A stretch of 64,000 nt of DNA from a phage. Under the pieces are notes generated by a model. The model was not told where the DNA came from, searched no databases, and saw only the letters and a program-made list of their open reading frames with translations. The stretch lies in the sequence record PZ862964.1; one strand, given 5' to 3'. The position numbers and the translations under genes were made by a program. Below are positions 10,142 through 19,542 of the stretch, one piece after another. Each line of letters starts with the position of its first letter. Position 1 is the first letter of the stretch.

Positions 10142-10974
10142 AGCCTACTATTTTAACTGATATTGATGGAGTATGTTTAAGCTGGCAATCAGGCCTTCCT
10201 TATTTTGCTCAGAAATATAATCTTCCGTTAGAACATATTTTAAAAATGATCCAGGATGAGAAATTTATTTCTCCTGGTAAACTCTTTAACTGTGATGAAG
10301 AACTTGGCGTCAAGTTAATTGAAAAATACAATCGATCAGATTTTATTCGTTACTTGTCTCCATATAAAGATGCTCTGTGTGTAATTAACAAATTAAAAGA
10401 AGATTATAATTTTGTAGCTGTTACAGCATTGGGTGATTCTATTGACGCTCTGTTGAATCGCCAATTTAATTTGAATGCTCTTTTTCCTGGTGCCTTCTCA
10501 GAAGTAATGATGTGTGGTCATGATTCTTCAAAAGAAGAGTTGTTCAAAAAGGCAAAAGAGAAATATAACGTAATTTGTTATATTGACGATCTCGCTCACC
10601 ACTGCGATCATGCGAGTGAAATATTACGTGTTCCTGTGTATTGGATGGCTCGAGGGGAACGTGACAGTATTCCAAAAACCGCTCAGCGAGTTTATACATG
10701 GAACGATGTAGAGAATAAGCTTTTTTCACCGAAGGAAAATAAAGAAAGTTTTGATAGTGAAAAAGCTATAAAAGATGTAATTGAAAAGATGATTAAAAAT
10801 GATTCTTTTCGTTGGAACACTACCTGGAGAACTCCTGGATTTAATCCTTATAATCCATATCATCCATATCAGACGCATCCGTTTCAGACATGGAACTATA
10901 TTAAACCCGGTGGTATAGAGTATTTGTATAATAGACCTACTAGTGGTGATAATATTTTCCAAGGAGCATTCTAA
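10138..10974 (+). CDS. HAD-superfamily 5'(3')-nucleotidase-like protein with Pro/aromatic-rich C-terminal tail
   Basis: 278 aa; N-terminal ILTDIDGV (HAD DxDG motif); C-terminal NPYNPYHPYQTHPFQTW low-complexity segment. Confidence 0.55.
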   Translation: MKPTILTDIDGVCLSWQSGLPYFAQKYNLPLEHILKMIQDEKFISPGKLFNCDEELGVKLIEKYNRSDFIRYLSPYKDALCVINKLKEDYNFVAVTALGDSIDALLNRQFNLNALFPGAFSEVMMCGHDSSKEELFKKAKEKYNVICYIDDLAHHCDHASEILRVPVYWMARGERDSIPKTAQRVYTWNDVENKLFSPKENKESFDSEKAIKDVIEKMIKNDSFRWNTTWRTPGFNPYNPYHPYQTHPFQTWNYIKPGGIEYLYNRPTSGDNIFQGAF

Positions 10975-11243
10975 TGTTTGTTGTTCACACTATTTATGAA
11001 AATGAAGGTAATACTACACGTGATTACGGTCACGTAAATCAATTTTTTAGATGCAATCCAGAATTCCGAGCTCAAAAAGACGAACGAATTTTTAAAAAAT
11101 GTGTAGAGCAAGGTTTCATTTACGTCAAGCATTGGATGCAAGGAAATAAAGTTAGAACCACGTACCATAGGTCTTTGACTGAGCTTAATGATGAATTGAT
11201 TTATAATAGAGCTGTAAACCAAACTCTAAAGGATGAACAATGA
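10974..11243 (+). CDS. Hypothetical small protein
   Basis: 89-aa ORF immediately upstream of DNA ligase, overlapping junctions. Confidence 0.5.
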   Translation: MFVVHTIYENEGNTTRDYGHVNQFFRCNPEFRAQKDERIFKKCVEQGFIYVKHWMQGNKVRTTYHRSLTELNDELIYNRAVNQTLKDEQ

Positions 11244-12703
11244 TTCTTAAAATTCTGAACGAAATAGCATCTATTGGTTCAACTAAGCAGAAGCAAGCAA
11301 TTCTTGAAAAGAATAAAGATAATGAATTGCTCAAACGAGTATATCGTCTGACTTATTCTCGTGGGTTACAGTATTATATAAAGAAATGGCCTAAACCCGG
11401 TATTGCTACCCAGAGTTTTGGGATGCTGACTATTACCGATATGCTCGATTTTATTGAATTCACGTTAGCTACTCGGAAATTAACTGGAAATGCAGCAATT
11501 GAGGAATTAATCGGATATATCACCGATGGTAAAAAAGATGATGTTGAAGTATTACGTCGAGTAATGATGCGAGACCTTGAATGTGGTGCTTCTGTATCTA
11601 TTGCAAACAAAGTTTGGCCAGGTTTAATTCCTGAACAACCTCAAATGCTCGCAAGTTCTTATGATGAAAAAGGCATTAGTAAGAATATCAAATTTCCAGC
11701 CTTTGCCCAGTTAAAAGCTGATGGAGCTCGGTGTTTTGCTGAAGTTAGAGGTGATGAATTAGATGATGTTCGTCTTTTATCACGAGCTGGTAATGAATAT
11801 CTAGGATTAGATCTTCTTAAAGAAGAGTTAATCAAAATGACCGCTGAAGCCCGCCAGATTCATCCAGAAGGTGTGTTAATTGATGGCGAATTGGTATACC
11901 ATGAGCAAGTTAAAAAGGAGCCAGAAGGCCTAGATTTTCTTTTTGATGCTTATCCTGAAATTAGTAAAGCTAAAGAGTTTGCTGAAGTAGCTGAATCACG
12001 TACTACTTCTAATGGAATCGCTAATAAATCTTTAAAGGGAACTATTTCAGAAAAAGAAGCTCAATGCATGAAGTTTCAGGTCTGGGATTATGTTCCGTTG
12101 GTAGAAATATACGGTCTTCCAGCATTTCGTTTAAAATATGATGTACGTTTTTCTAAATTAGAACAAATGACATCAGGATATGATAAAGTAATTTTAATTG
12201 AAAACCAAGTAGTAAATAACCTAGATGAAGCTAAGGTAATTTATAAAAAGTATATTGACCAAGGTCTTGAAGGTATTATTCTCAAAAATATTGATGGATT
12301 ATGGGAAAATGCTCGTTCAAAAAATCTCTATAAATTTAAAGAAGTAATTGATGTTGATTTAAAAATTGTAGGAATTTATCCTCACCGTAAAGACCCTACT
12401 AAAGCAGGTGGATTTATTCTTGAGTCAGAGTGTGGAAAAATTAAGGTAAATGCTGGTTCAGGCTTAAAAGATAAAGCCGGCGTAAAATCACATGAACTTG
12501 ACCGTACTCGCATTATGGAAAACCAAAATTATTATATTGGAAAAATTCTAGAGTGCGAATGCAACGGTTGGTTAAAATCCGATGGCCGCACTGATTACGT
12601 TAAATTATTTCTTCCGATTGCGATTCGTTTACGCGAAGATAAAACTAAAGCTAATACGTTCGAAGATGTATTTGGTGATTTTCATGAGGTAACTGGTTTA
12701 TGA
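11240..12703 (+). CDS. 30: ATP-dependent DNA ligase (gp30)
   Basis: 487 aa; MILKILNEIASIGSTKQKQAILEKNKDNELLKRVYRLTYSRGLQYYIKKWPKPG... matches T4 DNA ligase as recalled, with adenylation-lysine context FAQLKADGARC. Confidence 0.97.
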   Translation: MILKILNEIASIGSTKQKQAILEKNKDNELLKRVYRLTYSRGLQYYIKKWPKPGIATQSFGMLTITDMLDFIEFTLATRKLTGNAAIEELIGYITDGKKDDVEVLRRVMMRDLECGASVSIANKVWPGLIPEQPQMLASSYDEKGISKNIKFPAFAQLKADGARCFAEVRGDELDDVRLLSRAGNEYLGLDLLKEELIKMTAEARQIHPEGVLIDGELVYHEQVKKEPEGLDFLFDAYPEISKAKEFAEVAESRTTSNGIANKSLKGTISEKEAQCMKFQVWDYVPLVEIYGLPAFRLKYDVRFSKLEQMTSGYDKVILIENQVVNNLDEAKVIYKKYIDQGLEGIILKNIDGLWENARSKNLYKFKEVIDVDLKIVGIYPHRKDPTKAGGFILESECGKIKVNAGSGLKDKAGVKSHELDRTRIMENQNYYIGKILECECNGWLKSDGRTDYVKLFLPIAIRLREDKTKANTFEDVFGDFHEVTGL

Positions 12704-12888
12704 AAGCTTACTTAGAAACAATTGTCGTGGCTCAAAAAGAAGGTGGAGATGTTTCTACTTCTGTATCACAAATCATGATTGAATTTATCGATGCATATGC
12801 TTATAATAAATTCACAGAAACTTTTGATGCTTATGAAAAAGGTCCAAAGTTTGAAATATATCGTACTCTCTTACCTATAGATTATTAA
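12700..12888 (+). CDS. Hypothetical small protein
   Basis: 62-aa ORF overlapping ligase stop (ATGA), followed by terminator. Confidence 0.5.
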   Translation: MKAYLETIVVAQKEGGDVSTSVSQIMIEFIDAYAYNKFTETFDAYEKGPKFEIYRTLLPIDY

Positions 12889-12910
12889 AGGCCTTCGGGC
12901 CTTTAATTTT
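12888..12910 (+). terminator. Rho-independent terminator
   Basis: aaaggcc-ttcg-ggccttt hairpin followed by aatttt. Confidence 0.7.
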
Positions 12911-12940
12911 ATAAATAGAATAAACACTAGAGAGGATATG

Positions 12941-15034
12941 ATGGAACTCATTACAGAATTATTTGACGAAGATACTACTCTTCCGATTACAAACTTAAAT
13001 CCAAAGAAGAAAATACCACAAATTTTTTCAGTTCATGTTGATGATGCAATTGAACAACCAGGCTTTCGTTTATGTACCTATACGTCTGGAGGTGATACTA
13101 ATCGTGATTTAAAGATGGGCGATAAAATGATGCATATTGTTCCTTTTACATTAACTGCTAAAGGTTCAATTGCTAAATTAAAAGGTCTTGGTCCAAGCCC
13201 AATTAATTATATCAATTCAGTTTTTACTGTTGCAATGCAAACAATGCGTCAGTATAAAATTGATGCTTGTATGCTCCGTATTCTTAAGTCTAAAACTGCT
13301 GGTCAAGCTAGACAAATTCAAGTTATTGCTGATAGACTTATCCGTAGTCGTTCAGGTGGCAGATACGTCCTTCTTAAGGAACTCTGGGATTACGATAAAA
13401 AGTATGCATATATTCTTATACATCGCAAAAATGTATCACTAGAAGACATTCCAGGAGTTCCGGAAATTAGTACCGAGCTCTTTACTAAAGTTGAATCGAA
13501 GGTCGGTGATGTTTATATCAATAAAGATACTGGAGCTCAAGTAACTAAAAATGAGGCAATTGCAGCATCTATTGCACAAGAAAATGATAAACGTTCTGAC
13601 CAAGCTGTAATCGTTAAAGTTAAAATTTCCCGTAGAGCAATTGCGCAAAGTCAATCGTTAGAGTCTTCTAGATTTGAAAGTGAATTATTCCAGAAGTATG
13701 AATCTACAGCAGCTAATTTTAATAAACCTGCTACCGCTCCTTTAATTCCCGAAGCAGAAGAAATGAAGCTTGGAATTAATTCATTAGCTTCTAAAACCAA
13801 GGCAGCAAAAATTATTGCCGAAGGAACTGCAGATGAACTTCATTATGACTATAAATTCTTTTCAAAAAGTGAGGTTAATGAAGTTTCTGAAAAAATTAAA
13901 GATGTAATTCTTAATGCGATTAAAAATGAACCAACTACTTCAATAAAATGTTTAGAGAAATACGCAGCAGCTGTTAATCAACTCTTTGAAGAATATAAAG
14001 ATAATTGGCTTGATAAACATAATAAAACTCGTAAAGGGCAGCCAGATGAAGTCTGGGAAGAAATGACTAAAAATTCCTGGAACGCAGCAAAAACTAAATT
14101 CCTCAAAAGAATGATTTATAGTTTTTCTGGAATTGGTGCAGGTCCAATGATTGATATTACTATTGCCCGTGATGGTTCTAAATATACTCCATCACAAAAG
14201 CGCGGCATTAGAGAGTATTGTGGTTCAGGATATACTGACATCAATAATCTTCTTTTAGGTCGTTACAATCCAGAACGATATGATGTAATGAGTGAAAAAG
14301 AAATTGAATCTGCTATAACTAATTTAGATTCAGCTTTTGAAAATGGTGACCGCATACCGGAAGGCATTACAGTTTATCGTGCTCAAAGTATGACTGCTCC
14401 TATATACGAAGCGCTAGTTAAAAATAAAGTGTTCTACTTCAGAAATTTTGTATCTACTTCTTTAACTCCTATCATTTTTGGACGTTTTGGAATTACACAT
14501 GCTGGTATTGGTCTTTTAGAACCAGAATCTCGCAATGAATTAACAGTTGATAAAAATGAAGAAGGAATAACTATTAATCCAAACGAAATAAGAGCGTATA
14601 AAGAAAATCCTGAATACGTTAAAGTTCAAATAGGATGGGCAATTGATGGAGCTCATAAAGTTAATGTTGTATATCCAGGAAGTCTCGGAATAGCAACAGA
14701 AGCTGAAGTTATTCTACCGCGTGGATTGATGGTCAAAGTTAATAAAATAACTGATGCTTCTAATAATGACGGAACAACATCTAATAATACAAAACTCATT
14801 CAAGCTGAAGTTATGACCACGGAAGAGCTCACCGAATCGGTAATCTATGATGGAGACCATTTAATGGAAACTGGTGAATTGGTTGCAATGACAGGTGATA
14901 TTGAAATAGAAGACAGAGTTGACTTTGCATCATTTGTTTCATCAAATGTTAAACAGAAAGTAGAATCATCTCTTGGAATTATTGCGTCTTGCATAGATAT
15001 TACAAACATGCCTTACAAGTTCGTTCAAGGATAA
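12941..15034 (+). CDS. alt: Alt-type ADP-ribosyltransferase (virion-packaged, injected)
   Basis: ~697 aa; N-terminus MELITELFDEDTTLPITNLNPKKKIPQIF as in T4 Alt (recalled); R-S-E ART motif elements (YRAQ, FVSTSL, EAEVILPRG). Confidence 0.85.
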   Translation: MELITELFDEDTTLPITNLNPKKKIPQIFSVHVDDAIEQPGFRLCTYTSGGDTNRDLKMGDKMMHIVPFTLTAKGSIAKLKGLGPSPINYINSVFTVAMQTMRQYKIDACMLRILKSKTAGQARQIQVIADRLIRSRSGGRYVLLKELWDYDKKYAYILIHRKNVSLEDIPGVPEISTELFTKVESKVGDVYINKDTGAQVTKNEAIAASIAQENDKRSDQAVIVKVKISRRAIAQSQSLESSRFESELFQKYESTAANFNKPATAPLIPEAEEMKLGINSLASKTKAAKIIAEGTADELHYDYKFFSKSEVNEVSEKIKDVILNAIKNEPTTSIKCLEKYAAAVNQLFEEYKDNWLDKHNKTRKGQPDEVWEEMTKNSWNAAKTKFLKRMIYSFSGIGAGPMIDITIARDGSKYTPSQKRGIREYCGSGYTDINNLLLGRYNPERYDVMSEKEIESAITNLDSAFENGDRIPEGITVYRAQSMTAPIYEALVKNKVFYFRNFVSTSLTPIIFGRFGITHAGIGLLEPESRNELTVDKNEEGITINPNEIRAYKENPEYVKVQIGWAIDGAHKVNVVYPGSLGIATEAEVILPRGLMVKVNKITDASNNDGTTSNNTKLIQAEVMTTEELTESVIYDGDHLMETGELVAMTGDIEIEDRVDFASFVSSNVKQKVESSLGIIASCIDITNMPYKFVQG

Positions 15035-15037
15035 ATC

Positions 15038-17095
15038 ATGGAACTTATTACAGAATTATTTGACGGCGCTTCGGCGCCGGTTGTTAACTTAAATCCTAAG
15101 CATAAAATACCTCAAATTTTTGCTATTCAAGCCGGTGAAGAAAGTGTGCTTCCTGGATTTAGATTTTGTACATACACCTCTGGTGGTGATACAAATAAAA
15201 ACGTTAAGCCAGGCGATAAAATGATGCATATCGTAATGATAGGTGTCAACGAGAAATTATCGCTGGTTAAGCTTAGAAACTTGGGTGGAAATCCAATTGG
15301 CGTCATTAATGCTGTTTTTGATACTGCTCTTCAAACAATGAAGCAGTACAAAATTGACGCGTGCTTATTCCGTGTACTAAAGAGTAAAACAAATGGCGCA
15401 GCTCGTCAAATGCAAGTTATTGCTGACCGTTTAGTACGTACTAAAGGAGCAGGTCGATATGTTCTTTTAAAGGAAATCTGGGACTATGATAAAAAGTATG
15501 CATATATTATGGTTTACCGTAAAAATGCCAATTTAGAAGACATTCCAGGTGTACCTCCTATTTCAACTGAGTTATTCACAAAAGTTGAATCAAAGGTTGG
15601 TGATGTTTATGTAGACGTTAAAACAGGTAATGCTGTTCCTAAAGCTGTCGCTGTTGCTGCTTCTATTGCTTTAGAAAATGATAAGCGCACTGATCAAGCT
15701 GTTATTCAGAAAACTAAAATTAGTCGTCGATTAGCAGCACAAGCTCAATATTCTACTGTTGATGCTTCACTTCAGGGCGATAGCTTCGCTGCCAAGAAAT
15801 ATCAAGAGTTTGAATCTAAAGTTCCGGTATATAAAGCAGAAGGACCAATGAACTCTGGCGTTATCCAGATTGGTTCAAACTTCAGCAAAGGAGCTATCGG
15901 TGGTATGAGAAGTGCTTCTCGTTTTAAATCTAATGATTATGAACTAGAAAGTTTCCGAAATCATATTGCATTAGCTCATGCACGTTTACGCGATCCATCT
16001 ATCAAGCTGCAGAGCGATATAACATATCAAGGTTCTCAAGAATATTTAAAGAATAAAGAATTTTTTGATTATAAAACTGATAAAATTTTAAGCGATCTTG
16101 CTGACATTAATATTTCTAATAGCTTTGATGTTATTAAGAAAATTATCAATGATTTAGTTAAAGGTTCTAAAGCTACATCAGATGAAAAGACAGCTATTAT
16201 TCAATTTGTAATGAATGGCATTTATAAATTGATTAATGAATCTGCTGCTCAGGCATATGAATACGCAAGCACCGAAGTAACTCCAAAAGGATTAACTCAA
16301 GCTGAATCTGATGTAATTGAAGATTATTGTGCAGATTCATATGTTGAAATGAACTCGTTCCTTTTGGGTAAACCAGATTCTACCCGTGAAGAATATATGG
16401 AACGAGCTATTAAACATATTGAGACGCTGGATTCTGCATTCGCCAAAGGATCAGTTCTTCCTCCAGGAACTACACTTTACCGTGGACAAGAAGTTACCTT
16501 TAAAACTTTGCGTCATAACATTGAAAATAAAATGTTCTATTTCAAGAACTTCGTATCGACATCACTTAAACCAAATATCTTCGGTGAGCATGGTAAAAAC
16601 TATATGGCTCTAGATGATTCCGGCGCAGTATTTTCTGGCGAAGGAGAAGGTTCCGTTGATGCAGAAGATTTAATGCATATGGGTAGTCATTCTACATATG
16701 CCAATGAAGATGCTGAAACTAGCGTGGGTATGGTAATTAAAGGAGCTGAGCGAATCAAAGTTATCGTTCCAGGTCATTTATCAGGATTTCCATCAGAAGC
16801 TGAAGTTATTCTACCGCGTGGAATTTTACTGAAGATTAATAAAGTAAGTACGTACTTTATGAAAGAAACTGCTTATAACAAGTATCTAATCGAAGGTACA
16901 ATCGTTCCTCCTTCTGAACAATTAGAAGAATCAGTATATGATGGAGACCATCTAATGGAAACTGGTGAAGTTCGTCCAATGGCTGGATTTAATCAATTCC
17001 TTGTAGAAGAATCAAAAGAAGAGGAAAACGAAGTTTCTCAAATCTTAGCTTCTTTGGTTAACATCAACGGAATGTCTAAAAAGTTCAAGATGTAG
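15038..17095 (+). CDS. Alt paralog, second ADP-ribosyltransferase
   Basis: 685 aa; N-terminal ~220 aa and C-terminal ART region clearly paralogous to the upstream alt (MELITELFD..., YKIDAC..., FVSTSLKP, EAEVILPRG, ESVYDGDHLMETGE); central region divergent. Confidence 0.8.
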   Translation: MELITELFDGASAPVVNLNPKHKIPQIFAIQAGEESVLPGFRFCTYTSGGDTNKNVKPGDKMMHIVMIGVNEKLSLVKLRNLGGNPIGVINAVFDTALQTMKQYKIDACLFRVLKSKTNGAARQMQVIADRLVRTKGAGRYVLLKEIWDYDKKYAYIMVYRKNANLEDIPGVPPISTELFTKVESKVGDVYVDVKTGNAVPKAVAVAASIALENDKRTDQAVIQKTKISRRLAAQAQYSTVDASLQGDSFAAKKYQEFESKVPVYKAEGPMNSGVIQIGSNFSKGAIGGMRSASRFKSNDYELESFRNHIALAHARLRDPSIKLQSDITYQGSQEYLKNKEFFDYKTDKILSDLADINISNSFDVIKKIINDLVKGSKATSDEKTAIIQFVMNGIYKLINESAAQAYEYASTEVTPKGLTQAESDVIEDYCADSYVEMNSFLLGKPDSTREEYMERAIKHIETLDSAFAKGSVLPPGTTLYRGQEVTFKTLRHNIENKMFYFKNFVSTSLKPNIFGEHGKNYMALDDSGAVFSGEGEGSVDAEDLMHMGSHSTYANEDAETSVGMVIKGAERIKVIVPGHLSGFPSEAEVILPRGILLKINKVSTYFMKETAYNKYLIEGTIVPPSEQLEESVYDGDHLMETGEVRPMAGFNQFLVEESKEEENEVSQILASLVNINGMSKKFKM

Positions 17096-17147
17096 TTTAC
17101 AAGTTCCTTATGTTGTGTTATAGTAGTCTTACTGACATAACATGAGG
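17095..17147 (+). promoter_or_regulatory. Early promoter stem-loop cassette (PeSL-like), near-identical to 1439-1491
   Basis: gtttac (17095-17100), 18-nt spacer, tatagt (17119-17124); inverted repeat ccttatgttgtg / cataacatgagg; RBS gagga then ATG 17156. Confidence 0.6.
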
Positions 17148-17155
17148 AACACAAA

Positions 17156-17446
17156 ATGAAATCTTCTTTACGCTTTTTAGGTCAAGAACTTGTAGTTGAA
17201 GGCGTTATTCCTGCTGATAATGCTTTTAATGAAGCAGTTTATGATGAATTTATCAAAATTTTTGGAACAGATAAAAAGTTCGGAATTTTTCCTTCTGAAA
17301 ATTTTTCAAAGCCAGAACAGACTGAAAGTATTTTTCAGGGTGTAGTAACAGGTAAATTTGAGTCAGAAGCTCCGGTAAAAATTGAAGTTTATATTGAAGA
17401 CAGTTTAGTTGCTTCAGTTGCTGCTTTCATTTCATTCCGTAAATAA
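17156..17446 (+). CDS. Hypothetical small early protein
   Basis: 96-aa ORF with dedicated promoter/RBS, last + strand gene before the late block. Confidence 0.6.
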   Translation: MKSSLRFLGQELVVEGVIPADNAFNEAVYDEFIKIFGTDKKFGIFPSENFSKPEQTESIFQGVVTGKFESEAPVKIEVYIEDSLVASVAAFISFRK

Positions 17447-17452
17447 AAATAT

Positions 17453-17470
17453 GGGGACCGAAAGGTCCCC
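17453..17470. terminator. Bidirectional terminator hairpin between convergent genes
   Basis: ggggacc-gaaa-ggtcccc; U-rich tract on the - strand side (aaataaaaatat upstream in + orientation). Confidence 0.7.
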
Positions 17471-17474
17471 ATTG

Positions 17475-18440
17475 TTATATTGCTCCTAATATTTTACTCT
17501 GCGAATTGACAATTCCTGTCATAGTATTAATGTTTGAAATGCTTCCTGCAGTTCCTCCTAATCTACTAAGTCGTGAAAGCGAATTAGATAGTCCAGTAAC
17601 ACCTCCACTATTTCCGAGAACGCTTTGAATACCATTTATAGCAGCAGATTCAAGCCATTCAAGCGCAGCTTGCCTATCAACTGCTCCAGCCTGCATCACT
17701 CTGTACGCAAAAGTAACATCAAATGTAGTTATTTGGTTATCTCCATCATATGATAACTCAGGAGCGCTCACCGACACCGGAATGCATCCAGTGAACATCA
17801 CCGCAGTATGAGGCAATCCATTACGAGCATGAAGATTAACTTGAATATCTGCTTCAACATCTTGTGGTAAAGCACGTAATCCAGTTACTGGGTCTTGAAC
17901 AGCGTTAACCCAGTCTTGCATTGCACGATAGTTACATGCTTCTGAATCCATCCTAAATGAAATAACCAAAGGGTCTAATTCTCTCCCAGTTATACGAATA
18001 TTAGGGGAATTATAGTTCCAGTCAGTTTCGTAGGATAATCTATTCTCTGGCATTTTTACAGAATATATCATCAATCCAGATGAGTTATATGCCATGTTAA
18101 AGAAGTCAATTAAATATGTACCAACTGTAAATGAGCCTAATAAACTTTGAACTGTACGTTGACTCATGGCACCAATAAGATATTTACTAACCCCTGATTT
18201 TCTTATCAGTTTTTGTGTGCCAGCTGTAATTAGCGTAGTAATTCCCTGATTAATATCACCTTGAGTTAATCCTAACCAATCTGAATTTAGGCCCAAGTTA
18301 TTATAAGAAAAGTTGCTAATTGAACTTATCAACGAAGAGCTTTTAGTTGATGGAGTTGTTGCAAAAACGCAGCTAAACATATTATTACGTTGGAAATCTG
18401 CGTTTATTGCTTGATTATTAAATTCCTCTAAAGAATACAT
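17475..18440 (-). CDS. 54: Baseplate tail-tube initiator gp54
   Basis: 321-aa ORF; position and length match T4 gp54 (about 320 aa); synteny 54-48-29. Confidence 0.85.
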   Translation of the reverse strand: MYSLEEFNNQAINADFQRNNMFSCVFATTPSTKSSSLISSISNFSYNNLGLNSDWLGLTQGDINQGITTLITAGTQKLIRKSGVSKYLIGAMSQRTVQSLLGSFTVGTYLIDFFNMAYNSSGLMIYSVKMPENRLSYETDWNYNSPNIRITGRELDPLVISFRMDSEACNYRAMQDWVNAVQDPVTGLRALPQDVEADIQVNLHARNGLPHTAVMFTGCIPVSVSAPELSYDGDNQITTFDVTFAYRVMQAGAVDRQAALEWLESAAINGIQSVLGNSGGVTGLSNSLSRLSRLGGTAGSISNINTMTGIVNSQSKILGAI

Positions 18441-19534
18441 TAAAAAGTCCCCGCATATAAAGAAGCACGGTTTAACGTGATAATTTCTCTCATAGTAATC
18501 TCGAGAGTAAATGTACTAGGGAGGTTTGGAGCAATAGCTAATCCGTTAAAGTTACCATTAGGTGTTTTATCAAATCTAATGCTCTGTATTTGGCATGGAC
18601 CAAATATTTCCGTTTTTCCATCAAACTTAGATGTTGCACCAAAGTTTTTCACCATCCAAATTGTCGGGTTTGAAACTACAAGAACGTTCGTTAAACTTGC
18701 TGTCATTTTCTCAAATAGTGTTTTATTTTTAGCTGCGTCTTCCGGAGATAAAGGTTCAATTAACGTAGAACGATACCAATCATCTAAATACCCCTTTATT
18801 TCAGCAGCGTATTGAGATTTACCTGTTTCACCATAAGAAAAATAGTTAAAATACTGATAGATATTAATAATAGCCATTAAATCTTCTGTTGAACGTGGAG
18901 TCAAATCCCATGTAAACACTTTAGTTCTATTTTCAGCACCACCGTACATACTTCTGGCTGTCGTATAAATCTGCTCATTATTATCAGCCATTATACCTTG
19001 TGTTATACTTTCCAGTGCCCCAAATACTGCGGTTGAAGCAATATTACTTAGCACACCAGTAGCAGTACCTCCGCCTCTACTAATAAGGCTTTCTTGAACA
19101 TCATTAAATCTATGTGATGATGTGTCAACATCAGATTTAGATCTCGGTAAAAGAATGTTTGCGACAGGAGCTTTACTTATTGTTCCTGAATTATTATTTG
19201 ATATTAATCCATTTGATAGTTTTGATACTGTACTACTAATAGTGTTTCTAGCTGTACTTAAAATACTCGAAGATGAAGAAGAGTAGTTAGATCTCATCGA
19301 TCTAAGACTTCCAGAATCCCTAGATGACATATTGTATGCAGTAAATAATAATCCATTCTTATATAGATCTGTTACCTGGAAGTCCCCTGTAGTGTCATTA
19401 CCACTAGCACGCCCAGTTGGAAACTGGGCAGTGTATGTTTTAGTTACTACTTCTGATTTAGTGCTCTGTCCGGCTGAAATTTTCTCACCGGACTTTTTAA
19501 TTAAATCAGCAGTTATTTCTTTAACAATTGCCAT
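18440..19534 (-). CDS. 48: Baseplate tail-tube cap gp48
   Basis: 364 aa, matching T4 gp48 length; synteny. Confidence 0.85.
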   Translation of the reverse strand: MAIVKEITADLIKKSGEKISAGQSTKSEVVTKTYTAQFPTGRASGNDTTGDFQVTDLYKNGLLFTAYNMSSRDSGSLRSMRSNYSSSSSSILSTARNTISSTVSKLSNGLISNNNSGTISKAPVANILLPRSKSDVDTSSHRFNDVQESLISRGGGTATGVLSNIASTAVFGALESITQGIMADNNEQIYTTARSMYGGAENRTKVFTWDLTPRSTEDLMAIINIYQYFNYFSYGETGKSQYAAEIKGYLDDWYRSTLIEPLSPEDAAKNKTLFEKMTASLTNVLVVSNPTIWMVKNFGATSKFDGKTEIFGPCQIQSIRFDKTPNGNFNGLAIAPNLPSTFTLEITMREIITLNRASLYAGTF

Positions 19535-19542
19535 ATTATTCC

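Noticed and set aside
13188-13442. 84-aa + strand alternate-frame ORF inside alt
   Set aside because: Nested within alt in a different frame, Leu/Lys-rich from A/T-rich sequence; no start context.
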